Shown: positions 43,034-55,165 of the stretch, piece after piece | Layout: each line of letters starts with the position of its first letter | How positions within the stretch are numbered: position 1 is the first letter of the stretch | NCBI GenBank assembly: GCA_027320085.1 | Contig: DAHVLZ010000019.1 | Coordinates: forward strand, 1 to 64,000 | Length of the DNA stretch: 64,000 nucleotides | Direction: 5' to 3' | DNA from: Pseudomonadota bacterium | Lineage (GTDB): Bacteria > Pseudomonadota > Gammaproteobacteria > JAKAQQ01 | Notes under the pieces: model-generated | The model's input: only the letters and a program-made list of their open reading frames with translations | Database searches by the model: none | What the model was told of the DNA's origin: nothing | Translations under genes and position numbers: made by a program

Positions 43034-43752
43034 TGGTCATGACGGACGGGTCCGTAGACGAGGGGCAGGAACTGTGCGAAGCGGTCCGGGCCCGCTGGCC
43101 TGAAGCCCGCGTGAGCCGGTCGGCGCGGGGCGAGGTGACTTGGTCACTCACCCCGGATACCCTCCTTTCCGTGGCCCGGGTGCTCCAAGGGGATCCCCGA
43201 TTCAGTTTTGAACAGCTGATGGATGTGACTGCTGTCGATTACCTGGCCTACGGAAAAGAGGATTGGGTAACGGAGACGGCAACCGCGACAGGTTTCAGCC
43301 GGGCCCGGGTGGCGGTCCAGGCTCCCGCAGTGCACCCGCCGATGGGGGGGCGGTTCGAGGTGGTCTACCATCTCCTCTCGGTGAGTCGGAACGAGCGGCT
43401 TCGCCTCAAGGTGGTCCTGTCTCCCGATTGCCCCCCCCTGGTCCCCTCGCTTACCGGAATCTGGGCTTCGGCGGACTGGTTTGAAAGAGAAGTTTTTGAT
43501 CTATTCGGGATTCTTTTCGAGGGTCACCCGGACCTGCGCCGGATCCTGACCGACTACGGTTTCATCGGCCATCCCTTCCGGAAGGATTTCCCCCTGTCGG
43601 GCGAGGTTGAGGTGCGTTACGACCCCGAATCGAGACGGGTAGTCTATGAGCCGGTCAGCATCACTCCCAGAACTCTGGTGCCCCGGGTCATCCGGAACGA
43701 TGCCCGCTATCAAAATACGGATCCCGGGAAGAAGGAACCCTCCCATGACTGA
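43033..43752 (+). CDS. nuoC: NADH-quinone oxidoreductase subunit C
   Basis: [31 protein letters not shown]. Confidence 0.95.
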   Translation: MVMTDGSVDEGQELCEAVRARWPEARVSRSARGEVTWSLTPDTLLSVARVLQGDPRFSFEQLMDVTAVDYLAYGKEDWVTETATATGFSRARVAVQAPAVHPPMGGRFEVVYHLLSVSRNERLRLKVVLSPDCPPLVPSLTGIWASADWFEREVFDLFGILFEGHPDLRRILTDYGFIGHPFRKDFPLSGEVEVRYDPESRRVVYEPVSITPRTLVPRVIRNDARYQNTDPGKKEPSHD

Positions 43753-44998
43753 AATCCAGAGCTACACCCTGAACTTTGGACCGCAGCACCCGGCGGCGCA
43801 TGGCGTTTTGCGGCTGATTCTTGAGATGGATGGAGAGGTGATCCGGAAGGTCGATCCCCATATCGGTCTGCTGCATCGCGCCACTGAGAAGCTGGCGGAA
43901 AGCAAGCCGTTCAATCAGAGCATCGGCTACATGGACCGTCTGGATTATGTCTCCATGATGGTCAACGAACATGCCTACGTATTGGCCATCGAGAGACTGT
44001 TGGGAATCGAGATTCCCATCCGTGCCCGCTATATCCGCGTGCTTTTCGACGAACTGACCCGCATCACCAACCACCTGCTCTGGCTGGGCAGCCATGCACT
44101 GGATATCGGGGCCATGAGCGTGTTTTTGTATGCGTTCCGCGAGCGCGAAGACATCATGGATATGTATGAGGCGGTCTCCGGAGCGCGCCTGCACGCCACC
44201 TACTACCGGCCGGGCGGGGTCCACGCCGACCTGCCCGACCGCATGCCGCAGCATGCCCCGTCCCGCTGGCGATCAAAAAAGGAACAGGCGGAGCACAACC
44301 GCAATCGTGCGGGGTCCTTGATCGATTTCATCCGGGATTTTACGAAACGCCTGCCGGGGCGGATCGATGAGTTCGAAAATCTCCTCACGGATAACCGGAT
44401 CTGGAAGCAACGGACTGTCGGGATCGGTGTGGTCAGCCCGGAACGCGCCCTCCAGCTTGGATTCAGTGGTCCCATGCTCCGGGGTTCGGGAGTGGCCTGG
44501 GATCTCCGGCGAACTCAGCCCTACGAGGTTTATCCGGATCTTGAGTTCGATATTCCCGTCGGTCGTGAAGGTGACTGCTACGACCGTTATCTGGTGCGCA
44601 TCGAGGAGATGCGCCAGTCCAACCGGATCGTCAGCCAGTGTCTGGACTGGCTTGTGGACCACCCGGGACCGGTGATTCTCGACGACTACAAAATCGCGCC
44701 GCCGCCACGCACGGTCATGAAGCACGATATGGAAGCGCTTATCCACCATTTCAAGCTGTTCACGGAGGGCTATACGGTGCCGGCGGGCGAGACCTATGCC
44801 GCAGTTGAGCACCCGAAGGGAGAGTTTGGCATCTACCTCGTCTCTGACGGGGCCAACAAGCCCTACCGGCTCAAGATCCGGGCAGCGGGCTTCGCCCATC
44901 TGGCCGCGCTGGACGAAATGGCCCGTGGCCACATGATTCCTGACCTCGTGGCGATCATCGGCACGCAGGATATTGTTTTCGGGGAGATCGACCGGTGA
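43745..44998 (+). CDS. nuoD: NADH-quinone oxidoreductase subunit D
   Basis: [28 protein letters not shown]. Confidence 0.97.
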   Translation: MTEIQSYTLNFGPQHPAAHGVLRLILEMDGEVIRKVDPHIGLLHRATEKLAESKPFNQSIGYMDRLDYVSMMVNEHAYVLAIERLLGIEIPIRARYIRVLFDELTRITNHLLWLGSHALDIGAMSVFLYAFREREDIMDMYEAVSGARLHATYYRPGGVHADLPDRMPQHAPSRWRSKKEQAEHNRNRAGSLIDFIRDFTKRLPGRIDEFENLLTDNRIWKQRTVGIGVVSPERALQLGFSGPMLRGSGVAWDLRRTQPYEVYPDLEFDIPVGREGDCYDRYLVRIEEMRQSNRIVSQCLDWLVDHPGPVILDDYKIAPPPRTVMKHDMEALIHHFKLFTEGYTVPAGETYAAVEHPKGEFGIYLVSDGANKPYRLKIRAAGFAHLAALDEMARGHMIPDLVAIIGTQDIVFGEIDR

Positions 44999-45486
44999 AT
45001 AAACCGACGACCTTGAGCCCGGAAATCTGCCGCGAGATTGACCACTGGATTGCCCAGTATCCGCCCGAGGGACGTCGTTCTGCGACCCTGGCGGCGTTGC
45101 GCATCGTTCAGGAGCATGAGGGGGGATGGATCCGCCCCGAGTCCATCCTGGCCATCGCCGAATACCTCGGGCTACCCCCGGTGGCGGTCGAGGAGGTGGC
45201 CCGCTTCTACTCCATGTACGAGCTCAAGCCGACCGCCCGGCACAGCGTTTCGGTTTGCACCAACGTGTCCTGTATGCTCTGCGGCTCCAGCACGATTCTG
45301 GACCATCTCGAAAAACGTCTCGGTATTCGTCCCGGACAGTCGACAGCAGATGGCCGTATCTACCTCAAGCCCGAGGAGGAGTGCCTTGCCGCCTGTGCGG
45401 GGGCGCCCATGATGATGGTCGACCATGTTTACTATGAGCACCTCACCCCGGAGCGGGTGGATGAAATCCTGGAGTCTCTCGAGTGA
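44995..45486 (+). CDS. nuoE: NADH-quinone oxidoreductase subunit E
   Basis: CTNVSC...ECLAAC 2Fe-2S motif. Confidence 0.95.
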   Translation: MNKPTTLSPEICREIDHWIAQYPPEGRRSATLAALRIVQEHEGGWIRPESILAIAEYLGLPPVAVEEVARFYSMYELKPTARHSVSVCTNVSCMLCGSSTILDHLEKRLGIRPGQSTADGRIYLKPEEECLAACAGAPMMMVDHVYYEHLTPERVDEILESLE

Positions 45487-46805
45487 CCGGCGATAGCCAT
45501 GTGGGACCGCTCTGCTACGCTACCCTCGGCGAGCCCGAGCCGTGGAGCCTGGATACCTACCACCGGTTGGGGGGGTATCAGGCCTGGAAGAAAATCCTGA
45601 GCGGGCGGACGGCTCCTGCCACCATCGTCGAGCAAGTCAAGCAGTCGGGTCTGAGGGGACGTGGGGGCGCCGGTTTTCCCACGGGTGTCAAGTGGAGCTT
45701 CATGCCCCCGTCTCATCCGGGACCCAAGTACCTGGTCTGCAATTCGGATGAGAGCGAGCCTGGGACCTGCAAAGACCGGGATATCCTTCGATTCAACCCG
45801 CACGCACTCGTCGAGGGGATGGCGATTGCCTGTTACGCGATGGGAGTGCGGGTCGGATATAACTACATCCGGGGTGAGTTCCAGGATGAACCCTACCGCC
45901 GGTTCCGGACGGCGGTGGAGGAAGCCTATGCCGCGGGCTACCTGGGGGAAAACATCGGCGGCAGCGGAGCTTCGGTCGACCTCCGGATCCACCTCGGGGC
46001 GGGGGCCTACATTTGCGGGGAGGAGACCGCTCTCCTCGAGTCCCTCGAGGGCAAAAAGGGATTTCCACGTTTCAAGCCTCCCTTCCCGGCCTCTTTCGGA
46101 CTCTATGGGGCCCCCACCACGATCAACAACACGGAAACCCTGGCCTCCGTTCCCGGCATCCTGCGCGAGGGAGCCCAGTGGTTTCTCGGCATGGGGGTGA
46201 CCGGGGCTGGAGGACCCAAGATTTTCTCGGTGACCGGGCACGTCGCACGCCCGGGCAACTACGAGGTACCGCTCGGCACTCCATTCGCGGAACTGCTGAA
46301 GCTCGCGGGCGGTGTCCGCGCCGGACATCGGCTCAAGGCGGTGATTCCGGGTGGCTCTTCGGTCCCCGTTCTCCCGGGGGAGATCATGATGGAGACTCGG
46401 ATGGACTACGACAGCATCAAGCGGGCGGGCTCGCTCCTTGGCTCGGGTGCGGTCATCGTCATGGACGAGACCACCTGCATGGTCGAGGTGCTGGAACGGA
46501 TCAGCCGGTTTTATTATTCCGAATCCTGCGGGCAGTGCACCCCCTGCCGGGAGGGAACAGGCTGGCTGTACCGTATGGTCCGCGACATTGAAGCCGGGCG
46601 CGGCCACTCCCAGGATCTGGACCGTCTCGTGAAGGTGGCACACAACATCGAGGGACGCACGATCTGCGCGCTGGGGGATGCAGCCGCCATGCCGGTCTGG
46701 AGCTTTCTCCAGCATTTTGCCCCGGAGTTTGAAGCCCACATCAGCCACAAGGGTTGTCCATTCCGTAAATCGGAAGGGACATCCCGGGTCCGGTCGGTCG
46801 CATGA
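45483..46805 (+). CDS. nuoF: NADH-quinone oxidoreductase subunit F
   Basis: [28 protein letters not shown]. Confidence 0.97.
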   Translation: MTGDSHVGPLCYATLGEPEPWSLDTYHRLGGYQAWKKILSGRTAPATIVEQVKQSGLRGRGGAGFPTGVKWSFMPPSHPGPKYLVCNSDESEPGTCKDRDILRFNPHALVEGMAIACYAMGVRVGYNYIRGEFQDEPYRRFRTAVEEAYAAGYLGENIGGSGASVDLRIHLGAGAYICGEETALLESLEGKKGFPRFKPPFPASFGLYGAPTTINNTETLASVPGILREGAQWFLGMGVTGAGGPKIFSVTGHVARPGNYEVPLGTPFAELLKLAGGVRAGHRLKAVIPGGSSVPVLPGEIMMETRMDYDSIKRAGSLLGSGAVIVMDETTCMVEVLERISRFYYSESCGQCTPCREGTGWLYRMVRDIEAGRGHSQDLDRLVKVAHNIEGRTICALGDAAAMPVWSFLQHFAPEFEAHISHKGCPFRKSEGTSRVRSVA

Positions 46806-49204
46806 ACGGGAACGTGACACCCAAAACCATCCACCTCGAGATCAACGGGGTTGCCTGCGAGGCCCACCCGGGGGAGATGATTATCCAAGTCGCGGATCGG
46901 GCCGGAATTTACATTCCACGCTTTTGCTACCACCCGCACCTCAAAATTGCAGCTAACTGCCGGATGTGTCTGGTCGAGGTTGAAAAGGCACCCAAACCCC
47001 TCCCTGCCTGTGCGACCCCGGTGACCGAAGGGATGTGTGTCCGTACCCATTCGGATGCGGCGCTCCACTCCCAGCGGGCCACCATGGAGTTCCTCCTGAT
47101 CAACCACCCCCTGGACTGCCCGGTTTGCGACCAGGGGGGGGAGTGCGAACTCCAGGACCTGGCCATGGGCTATGGCTTCGATCATTCGCGCTACGAGGAG
47201 CCCAAGCGTGTGATCGCGGACGAGAGCCTGGGTCCCCTGGTCAGTACCGACATGACCCGCTGTATTTTTTGTTCCCGTTGTGTCCGCTTCCTTGAGGAAG
47301 TGGCCGGAGCCCAGGAGCTTGCCATCGTCGGTCGTGGGGAACGCTCCGCCGTAAGAAGCTTTCTTGCGGGTGAAATCACCTCGGAACTGTCCGGCAATAT
47401 CATTGACTTGTGTCCGGTAGGGGCGCTCAACTCCCGACCGTTCCGGTTTGCGGCACGGAGCTGGGAATTGCTCGCACTGCCGGGCATTTCTGCTCATGAT
47501 GCCATGGGATCGAATCTGTACGGCCACACCTTGCGGGGACGTCTCATGCGGGTTGTGCCGCGGCCTGCCGAGGGGCGCAATGAAACCTGGCTGTCAGACC
47601 GTGACCGTTTCAGTTATGCCGGTCTTTATCACGAGGATCGGCTGGGTTCGCCCAAGGTGCGCGAGGGTGGCGTGCTCCGGGAGGCTTCATGGGACGAGGC
47701 ACTCGGGGTCTGCGCGAAAAAATTGGCGGAGGCGGTTTCCCGGGACGGGCCGGAGTCGGTCGGAGCCCTGATCTCCCCGCAGGCCACGCTCGAGGAACTC
47801 TACCTCCACGAGAAGCTGCTGCGCGGACTCGGCGTTCGCAACATTGACGCCCGTCTGTACCGGGCGGATTTCCGGGATGGCCCGAGGGGGGCACGGGCCG
47901 AGGTGCCGGGTGTTCTTTCGGCAACCGAATGGGAAAGCCGCAAGGCCTATCTCTTGGTGGGGACCGATCTCCGGTCTGAATACCCCCTGATCAGCTGGAG
48001 ACTCAGGCGGGCCGCGGAAGCGGGTGCCCGTCTGGCTGCCCTGAATCCCGTGCAGTTTGAAAGCCGCCTGCCGCTCTTTTTTGATCGGCCGGTCGGCCCC
48101 TGGGGGCTCGTGGCGGTGCTCGCTGCACTGCTGGGGAGACTGGATCCGTCGAGTTTTTCGGGCCATCTGGCCTGGGCCGCCCCGTGGGCCGAAGAGTCGC
48201 GGCTTTCGGCTGCGGAGCTCGGAGCGCTCGGCGAAATCCTCTCCGCCGGTTCGGAGGCGGTTCTCGTCCTGGGAGAGTTGGTGGAAGCGCATCCGGAAGG
48301 CAGCCGGATCCGTGCCTTGGCGGCAGCCTTGGCGCAGGCCAGTGGCGCCCGGCTCATTGACCTCCCGGTTGGAGCCAATGCACTGGGTGCGGAACGGGTC
48401 GCCCGGTATTGGCCGGATCAAGGAGATCCGCTTCCCCGCCTCTTTGACCACCCCAAAAAGCTCTATTCCCTGTTCGGTGTTGAGCCGGAATTCGATCTCT
48501 GGGATGGGGATCGGGCAGTCCAGGCCATTGCCCAAGCGCCGGAACTCCTGGTTTTTGCCAGTTGGCTGGCCCCTTCCCACGCGGCCCACGCATCGGTGGT
48601 CCTCCCCATTGCGGCGATTCCGGAGACGGGTGGAACCTATGTTGATCTCGCCGGCGAGGAACAGGGTTTCGAAGCCATGGTCCCGCCTTGGGGAGAGGCC
48701 CGGACCGGATGGAAAATCCTCGCGGTGCTGGGGCAACGGCTTGGACTTTCCGGTTTCCACTACGAGCGGCGACAGGAAATTCTCGAGGAAATGAGAGCCC
48801 GCGGGAACCATCCGGTGAGTGGGGCCAAAGCTGGCGTTCCTGAACTCGAAGGCCAAACCGGACCCCGGGTTGTGCGCTTTCCGTACCGGATGGGACGCAG
48901 GGCCGTTTACGGAACCGATCCCTACGTTCGCCGGTCGGCCCCGCTCCAGCAAACCCCGCTGGCCCGTCTCTCGCGTACGCTGTTCATGCATCCGGATGAC
49001 GCACGGGAGCAGGGCATTCAGCCGGGAGCCCCGGTGCGGCCGGCCGGAAGGCCCGATGCTCCCGTGCTGACGGTGGCCGTGAGCAACCGCCTGCCCCGAG
49101 GGGCCGTCTGGCTGGATTCCGGAACCGAGAGTGCGGTCGGTTGGGGGCCGAACTGGGGGAGACTGGAACTGGATTTCCCGATCTCAACGGAAGTTCCGAC
49201 ATGA
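46802..49204 (+). CDS. nuoG: NADH-quinone oxidoreductase subunit G
   Basis: [31 protein letters not shown]. Confidence 0.96.
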   Translation: MNGNVTPKTIHLEINGVACEAHPGEMIIQVADRAGIYIPRFCYHPHLKIAANCRMCLVEVEKAPKPLPACATPVTEGMCVRTHSDAALHSQRATMEFLLINHPLDCPVCDQGGECELQDLAMGYGFDHSRYEEPKRVIADESLGPLVSTDMTRCIFCSRCVRFLEEVAGAQELAIVGRGERSAVRSFLAGEITSELSGNIIDLCPVGALNSRPFRFAARSWELLALPGISAHDAMGSNLYGHTLRGRLMRVVPRPAEGRNETWLSDRDRFSYAGLYHEDRLGSPKVREGGVLREASWDEALGVCAKKLAEAVSRDGPESVGALISPQATLEELYLHEKLLRGLGVRNIDARLYRADFRDGPRGARAEVPGVLSATEWESRKAYLLVGTDLRSEYPLISWRLRRAAEAGARLAALNPVQFESRLPLFFDRPVGPWGLVAVLAALLGRLDPSSFSGHLAWAAPWAEESRLSAAELGALGEILSAGSEAVLVLGELVEAHPEGSRIRALAAALAQASGARLIDLPVGANALGAERVARYWPDQGDPLPRLFDHPKKLYSLFGVEPEFDLWDGDRAVQAIAQAPELLVFASWLAPSHAAHASVVLPIAAIPETGGTYVDLAGEEQGFEAMVPPWGEARTGWKILAVLGQRLGLSGFHYERRQEILEEMRARGNHPVSGAKAGVPELEGQTGPRVVRFPYRMGRRAVYGTDPYVRRSAPLQQTPLARLSRTLFMHPDDAREQGIQPGAPVRPAGRPDAPVLTVAVSNRLPRGAVWLDSGTESAVGWGPNWGRLELDFPISTEVPT

Positions 49205-50238
49205 ATCCCTGGTTGACCGGACTCCTGTCGTGGTTCCTGCCCCGCCTGGTGGGCATCATTGTGGTTACGGTCGTGGTGATCCTGTCGGTGGCCTACCTGA
49301 CGTATGCCGAGCGCAAGATCATTGGATACATGCAGTTGAGGCTCGGACCCAACCGGGTTGGCAAATGGGGGTTGCTCCAGCCCTTTGCCGATGTATTCAA
49401 ACTTCTGCTCAAGGAAATCGTTTTTCCGGAACGCTCGAGCGTTACCTTGTTCGTGCTTGCGCCCATTCTCGCCATCGTGCCCGCGCTGGCCACCTGGGCC
49501 GTGATTCCTTTTGCCCCGCACGTCGTGCTGGCCAATCTCAATGCCGGCCTGATTTACATCCTGGCGCTGACTTCAATCGGCGTCTACGGCATTATCCTCG
49601 CGGGCTGGGCGTCGAACTCCAAGTATGCGCTTCTGGGAGCCATGCGATCAGCGGCCCAGATCGTCTCCTACGAGATTGCCATGGGTTTTGCCCTGATTGG
49701 TGTGGTCATGGCGGCCCGCACCCTCAACCTCGAGGCCATCGTCCGGGACCAGTCTGGCGGCATCGGGCACTGGTACTTCATCCCGCTCCTGCCACTCTTT
49801 GTCGTGTATTTCGTCTCCGGTGTGGCTGAGACGAATCGTGCTCCTTTTGATGTGGCCGAGGGCGAATCCGAGCTGGTTGCCGGTTTCCACGTGGAGTATT
49901 CAGGCACCACCTTTGCGGTGTTTTTTCTCGCCGAGTACGCCAATATGATTTTGGTCTCGGCTCTGGCTGCGACCCTGTTTCTCGGGGGCTGGTCGTCACC
50001 CTTGGCCGGGACCGGCGTTCCGTTGCTGGCCGCCAGCGGGCTCGCCTGGCTGGCGGCCAAAATCGCGGTCCTGCTGTTTGTCTTCTTGTGGCTCCGCGCG
50101 ACTTTCCCGCGCTACCGCTACGACCAGATCATGCGGCTCGGCTGGAAAGTCTTCATTCCGCTGACCTTGGTCTGGCTCGGTGTTGAATCACTCCTGATCG
50201 TGGGCCAGGTGGGGCCCTGGTTCCGGGGAGGTCTCTGA
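49201..50238 (+). CDS. nuoH: NADH-quinone oxidoreductase subunit H
   Basis: ERK...[27 protein letters not shown]. Confidence 0.96.
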   Translation: MNPWLTGLLSWFLPRLVGIIVVTVVVILSVAYLTYAERKIIGYMQLRLGPNRVGKWGLLQPFADVFKLLLKEIVFPERSSVTLFVLAPILAIVPALATWAVIPFAPHVVLANLNAGLIYILALTSIGVYGIILAGWASNSKYALLGAMRSAAQIVSYEIAMGFALIGVVMAARTLNLEAIVRDQSGGIGHWYFIPLLPLFVVYFVSGVAETNRAPFDVAEGESELVAGFHVEYSGTTFAVFFLAEYANMILVSALAATLFLGGWSSPLAGTGVPLLAASGLAWLAAKIAVLLFVFLWLRATFPRYRYDQIMRLGWKVFIPLTLVWLGVESLLIVGQVGPWFRGGL

Positions 50239-50726
50239 TGAACCGGATCCGGCATTTTTTCAGAAGCTTTCTCCTGGTCGAACTGTTGACGGGTCTGGGT
50301 GTGACCTTCCGGGAGTTCGTTACACGCAAGTTTACGCTTCGTTACCCGGATGAAAAAACGCCCCAGTCGCCACGCTTCCGGGGCCTCCATGCGCTTCGGC
50401 GGTACCCCAATGGCGAGGAACGATGCATCGCCTGCAAGCTCTGCGAGGCAGTCTGCCCCGCCTTGGCCATCACGATCGATTCGGAACGTCGTGCCGATGG
50501 AACCCGGCGGACGACCCGCTACGATATTGACCTCTTCAAGTGCATTTATTGCGGATTCTGTGAGGAGGCGTGCCCTGTCGATTCGATTGTCGAGACCCGG
50601 ATTTACGAATTCCATTTTGAGGCCCGGGGCCAGCAGATCATGACCAAGGAAAAACTGCTGGCGATCGGGGACAAGTTCGAGGCCCAGATCGCCCGTGACC
50701 GCGAGCAGGACGCGGTTTATCGGTAG
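50238..50726 (+). CDS. nuoI: NADH-quinone oxidoreductase subunit I
   Basis: [24 protein letters not shown]. Confidence 0.97.
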   Translation: MNRIRHFFRSFLLVELLTGLGVTFREFVTRKFTLRYPDEKTPQSPRFRGLHALRRYPNGEERCIACKLCEAVCPALAITIDSERRADGTRRTTRYDIDLFKCIYCGFCEEACPVDSIVETRIYEFHFEARGQQIMTKEKLLAIGDKFEAQIARDREQDAVYR

Positions 50727-50735
50727 GGGGAAGCC

Positions 50736-51359
50736 ATGAGTCCTTCCGCTTGGCTGCAAGAGACGGTGTTCTGGTTTTTTGGGGCGGTGCTCGTCATTGC
50801 CGCCTTGCGCGTCATCACGGCCAGGCACCCGGTCCACGCCGCCCTGTTTCTCGTGCTCTGCTTTTTCAACACCGCTGTCCTCTGGATCCTGTCGGGGGCC
50901 GAGTTTCTGGGCTTGGTCCTGATCCTGATCTACGTCGGCGCCGTCCTTGTGCTTTTGCTGTTCGTGGTCATGATGCTGGATGTCGAGGTGGCGAAGCTCC
51001 GTGAGGGTTTTGTCCGTCATGCCCCGCTCGGGGCGGTGATCGCCTGCCTGCTTGTCTTTGAACTGGCTTATGTGTTCTGGGCCCATGCCCTGGGTTTCCA
51101 CGCCTTGGGACACCTGCCCCGGGTTGCGGCCACGCATAACAACACCCGGGCACTCGGAACCACGCTCTATCGCCATGACCTTTACCCCTTTGAACTGGCC
51201 GGCATGATTCTTCTGGTCGGCCTGATTGCCGCGATTCTCTTGACCCTGCGCCGCCGCCCCGGGATCCGGAGCCAGAATCCGGCCCAGCAGGTTCTGGTGC
51301 GGGCTCGGGACCGGATCCGTCTGGTTTCCCTTCCCTCCGGTCGGCGTCCCTCGTCATGA
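50736..51359 (+). CDS. nuoJ: NADH-quinone oxidoreductase subunit J
   Basis: [25 protein letters not shown]. Confidence 0.95.
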   Translation: MSPSAWLQETVFWFFGAVLVIAALRVITARHPVHAALFLVLCFFNTAVLWILSGAEFLGLVLILIYVGAVLVLLLFVVMMLDVEVAKLREGFVRHAPLGAVIACLLVFELAYVFWAHALGFHALGHLPRVAATHNNTRALGTTLYRHDLYPFELAGMILLVGLIAAILLTLRRRPGIRSQNPAQQVLVRARDRIRLVSLPSGRRPSS

Positions 51360-51661
51360 TCACACTCACCGACTATCTCATTCTCGGGGCCCTTCTGTTT
51401 GCCATTGCAGTGATGGGCCTGTTCATCAACCGCAAGAACCTGGTCGTGCTGTTGATGTGTGTGGAGTTGATGTTATTGGCGGTCAATATCAATTTTGTGG
51501 CGTTTTCCCGCTACCTCGAGAACCGGACCGGCCAGATTTTCGTCTTCTTCGTGCTGACCGTGGCGGCTGCGGAGTCCGCGATCGGATTGGCGCTGCTCGT
51601 CGTGGTTTTCCGGCACCGCCGGAGTATCAACGTCCAGGATCTGGACCAGCTCAAGGGCTAG
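51356..51661 (+). CDS. nuoK: NADH-quinone oxidoreductase subunit K
   Basis: [23 protein letters not shown]. Confidence 0.96.
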   Translation: MITLTDYLILGALLFAIAVMGLFINRKNLVVLLMCVELMLLAVNINFVAFSRYLENRTGQIFVFFVLTVAAAESAIGLALLVVVFRHRRSINVQDLDQLKG

Positions 51662-53626
51662 ATGATGATGGGGCTCGTACTCACGATTGTTCTACTGCCG
51701 CTTGCGGCCGCCGCACTCACGGGCTTGGCGGGGCGAAGGATTGGCCGCCGGCTGACACATGCATTGACGGTAGCCGCAGTCGGTGTGTCGTGGGTGTTAT
51801 CCCTTTTCCTTCTGGAGCGGGTGATCGGGGGTGCGCGACTGGATCGTGTGCTCTACACGTGGATGGTGAGTGGCGGGGTCCGCTTCCCGATCGGGTTTTT
51901 GATCGACCCCCTGAGTGCCCTCATGATTTCGGTTGTGACCTTTGTGTCGTTCGCCGTTCATGTCTATAGCATCGGTTACATGAGGGGTGACCCCGGGGAG
52001 ATCCGCTTTTTCAGCTATATCTCGCTTTTTACTTTTGCCATGCTGCTGCTTGTCACGGCCAACAACTTTCTGCAGCTTTTTATCGGCTGGGAAGGTGTGG
52101 GACTCGTTTCCTACCTCCTGATCGGGTTCTGGTTTGAAAAACCCTCGGCCTCGGCTGCGGCCCTCAAGGCCTTTCTGGTCAACCGGGTGGGTGACTGCGG
52201 CTTTGTCCTGGGCATTGCCCTCCTGCTTCATGAGACCGGCTCACTCAGCTATTCCACCCTGTTCGCTTGGGCTCCCAAGCTGGTCGGGAGAACCATCGGC
52301 CTGGGCCTCGGTCTCCACCTCCCGGTTCTCGACCTGATGGGGGTCCTCTTGTTCGTGGGAGCCATGGCGAAGTCCGCCCAGATCCCGCTCCATGTCTGGT
52401 TGCCGGACTCCATGGAAGGTCCCACGCCGATTTCCGCCCTCATCCATGCAGCCACCATGGTCACCGCCGGGATTTTTATGGTGGCCCGTCTGTCCCCGTT
52501 CTACGTCGAGGCTCCGGGTGCGCTGAGCGTCATTCTCGTGATTGGTTCACTCTCGGCCCTGTTCATGGGACTTTTGGGCATTGTCGCGACGGACATCAAG
52601 CGGGTGATTGCCTACTCGACCCTCTCCCAGTTGGGTTACATGACCGCAGCCCTCGGTGCCTCGGCTTTTGCGGCCGGTATCTTTCATCTGGTGACCCACG
52701 CCTTCTTCAAGGCGCTTCTCTTCCTGGCAGCCGGCTCCGTGATCCTGGGCATGCATCATGAGCAGGACATGCGCAAGATGGGGGGGCTTCGCCGGTATAT
52801 GCCCATCACCTATATCACCTTCCTGGTCGGTTCCCTGGCTCTCGTGGCCTTCCCGGGTTTTGCGGGATATTTTTCGAAAGATGCCCTGATCGAGGCAGTC
52901 GGGCATTCGCGCATTCCCGGCGCCGGGGTGGCCTACCTCCTTCTGGTTCTCAGCGTATTCGTCACCGCCCTTTACACCTTCCGCATGTTTTTCATGGTCT
53001 TTCACGGGGAGGAGCGCATGGATGCAAAGACCCGTGAACATCTTCATGAGAGCCCGTGGGTCGTGACCCTGCCGCTCATCCTCCTGGCCATTCCCTCCCT
53101 CGGGGCCGGTTGGATCCTGTTCCATCCGCTGCTGGGCGGTGGCTATTGGGGTGGGGTGCTGGCCAATGTCGCAGGTAACCGGGCACTGGCTTCCTTCCGG
53201 ACGGAGAGTGCCTGGCAGTTCTTTCTCGGCGCCTTCACCTCTCCCACTTTTTATCTCATGCTGGCCGGCATCGGGGTTGCCGCCTATGGCTATCTCCTGC
53301 GACCCCGCTGGCCCGCCGCGGTCGCCGACCGTCTGGCTTCTCTCTACCGGATCCTCCTCGCGGGTTATGGATTTGACCGGCTTTACCTCTGGTTCGGAAC
53401 CCGGGTCTCACCGGGGATGGGCCGGTTCCTTTGGCGGCATGGGGATGAACAGGCCATTGACGGTCTTGCGGTCAATGGAACCGCCCATGGGGTGGGACGC
53501 ATCGGATCATGGGTGAGGCGGTTACAGACCGGACTTCTTTACCAGTACGCCTTCACCCTGGTGGCCGCCCTCGTCGTTTTGGTGTTCTGGGCCCTCATCC
53601 GCTCTCCGGGGGGGATTTTGGGATGA
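51662..53626 (+). CDS. nuoL: NADH-quinone oxidoreductase subunit L
   Basis: WEGVG, KSAQIPLHVWLPDSMEGPTP, YSTLSQLG, HAFFKA. Confidence 0.97.
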   Translation: MMMGLVLTIVLLPLAAAALTGLAGRRIGRRLTHALTVAAVGVSWVLSLFLLERVIGGARLDRVLYTWMVSGGVRFPIGFLIDPLSALMISVVTFVSFAVHVYSIGYMRGDPGEIRFFSYISLFTFAMLLLVTANNFLQLFIGWEGVGLVSYLLIGFWFEKPSASAAALKAFLVNRVGDCGFVLGIALLLHETGSLSYSTLFAWAPKLVGRTIGLGLGLHLPVLDLMGVLLFVGAMAKSAQIPLHVWLPDSMEGPTPISALIHAATMVTAGIFMVARLSPFYVEAPGALSVILVIGSLSALFMGLLGIVATDIKRVIAYSTLSQLGYMTAALGASAFAAGIFHLVTHAFFKALLFLAAGSVILGMHHEQDMRKMGGLRRYMPITYITFLVGSLALVAFPGFAGYFSKDALIEAVGHSRIPGAGVAYLLLVLSVFVTALYTFRMFFMVFHGEERMDAKTREHLHESPWVVTLPLILLAIPSLGAGWILFHPLLGGGYWGGVLANVAGNRALASFRTESAWQFFLGAFTSPTFYLMLAGIGVAAYGYLLRPRWPAAVADRLASLYRILLAGYGFDRLYLWFGTRVSPGMGRFLWRHGDEQAIDGLAVNGTAHGVGRIGSWVRRLQTGLLYQYAFTLVAALVVLVFWALIRSPGGILG

Positions 53627-55134
53627 CGCACGGACCTTGGCTCAGCTTCCTGATCTGGATCCCGGTGCTGGGGGGGGTGCTCCTGCTTTTGCCCGGCTGG
53701 AAAAACCCGATCCTGAGACGCAGCTTTGCGCTGACCGTTTCTTTGCTGACTTTCGCGCTCAGCCTCTGGGTTGGGTTCCACTTTGAGGACCGGACGGCAG
53801 CCATGCAGTTTGTTGAGCGGGTGCCCTGGATCCCGTTCCTGCATGCCAACTACCATCTGGGGATCGATGGAATCTCGCTGCCGTTCTTGGTCCTCACGAC
53901 TTTCAGTACGGTCCTCGTGATTCTCGCCGGCTGGCGGATCATCGACTACCGCCAAGCCGGCTACTTCGCTGCGTTCCTCATCATGGAAGGTTTCATGAAC
54001 GGCGTATTCTCGGCACTCGACGGACTGTTGTTCTACTTTTTCTGGGAAGCCATGCTGATCCCGATGTTTTTGATCATCGGGATCTGGGGCGGTCCCCGGC
54101 GAATTTATGCCAGCTTCAAGTTTTTTCTCTACACCTTCCTGGGGTCGGTCCTCATGCTGGTGGCCCTCATCTACCTGGGCCAGCGTGTCGGCAGCTATGA
54201 TCTTTTGGCCTTTCAACGCGCACCTTTGGGACTGGGTGTGCAGATCTGGATTTTCATTGCCTTTCTTGTGGCCTTTGCCGTCAAGGTCCCCATGTGGCCG
54301 GTTCATACCTGGCTGCCGGATGCTCATGTCGAGGCACCGACCGGCGGATCCGTGATCCTCGCGGCGATCATGCTCAAGATGGGGGCATACGGCTTCCTGC
54401 GCCTGTCATTGCCCATTGCCCCGGATGCCAGCCGGTACTTTGCCGGACTCATGGTGGCTTTGTCGCTGGTGGCCATTCTCTATATCGGCTTCGTGGCCTT
54501 GGTCCAGACCGACATGAAGAAGCTGATTGCCTACTCGTCGATCGTGCACATGGGCTTTGTGACCCTGGGATTCTTTGCGCTTTATTTCATGATGGGTGCC
54601 TTCACGACCGAGGCTGCCCGGATGGGGGTGGAGGGGGGGATTTTCCAGATGATCTCCCATGGGCTGGTTTCGGCCGCGCTTTTCCTGTCGGTGGGTGTGC
54701 TCTATGACCGACTCCATTCACGCGAGATCGGAACTTACGGTGGGGTGGCCAAGGTGATGCCCGCGTTCGGTGCGTTGTTCGTCTTTTTCGCCATGGCGAA
54801 TGTGGGTTTGCCCGGAACGAGCGGGTTTGTGGGGGAGTTTCAGGTGATTCTCTCCACCTGGCAGGCCAACCCGTGGTGGAGCCTCGGGGCAGCGCTCAAC
54901 CTGATCATTGGTGCCGGTTTTACCCTGTGGCTCATGAAACGGGTGGTTTTCGGTCCGGTCCAGAGCGGGGCGGTTTCTGGATTGCCCGGTCTCGACTGGC
55001 GGGAGCGGCTGGTCTTGTTCAGCCTCGCTGTGCCGGTGCTCGTTTTGGGTCTGTGGCCGGCCCCTGTCATGAACGTCATGCGGGCTTCGGTGGCTCACCT
55101 GGTCCGTCAAGCCCTCGCGACGAAGATCGGATGA
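53623..55134 (+). CDS. nuoM: NADH-quinone oxidoreductase subunit M
   Basis: GIDGIS, KVPMWPVHTWLPDAHVEAP, LPGTSGFVGE. Confidence 0.97.
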   Translation: MTHGPWLSFLIWIPVLGGVLLLLPGWKNPILRRSFALTVSLLTFALSLWVGFHFEDRTAAMQFVERVPWIPFLHANYHLGIDGISLPFLVLTTFSTVLVILAGWRIIDYRQAGYFAAFLIMEGFMNGVFSALDGLLFYFFWEAMLIPMFLIIGIWGGPRRIYASFKFFLYTFLGSVLMLVALIYLGQRVGSYDLLAFQRAPLGLGVQIWIFIAFLVAFAVKVPMWPVHTWLPDAHVEAPTGGSVILAAIMLKMGAYGFLRLSLPIAPDASRYFAGLMVALSLVAILYIGFVALVQTDMKKLIAYSSIVHMGFVTLGFFALYFMMGAFTTEAARMGVEGGIFQMISHGLVSAALFLSVGVLYDRLHSREIGTYGGVAKVMPAFGALFVFFAMANVGLPGTSGFVGEFQVILSTWQANPWWSLGAALNLIIGAGFTLWLMKRVVFGPVQSGAVSGLPGLDWRERLVLFSLAVPVLVLGLWPAPVMNVMRASVAHLVRQALATKIG

Positions 55135-55165
55135 GGGGAGAGATGATGAGCCGGGGACACGCATC

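Noticed and set aside
43240-43350. Insertion in NuoC (YGKEDW...GFSRAR) and unfused nuoC/nuoD
   Set aside because: Both are known features of complex I in several non-enteric gammaproteobacteria.
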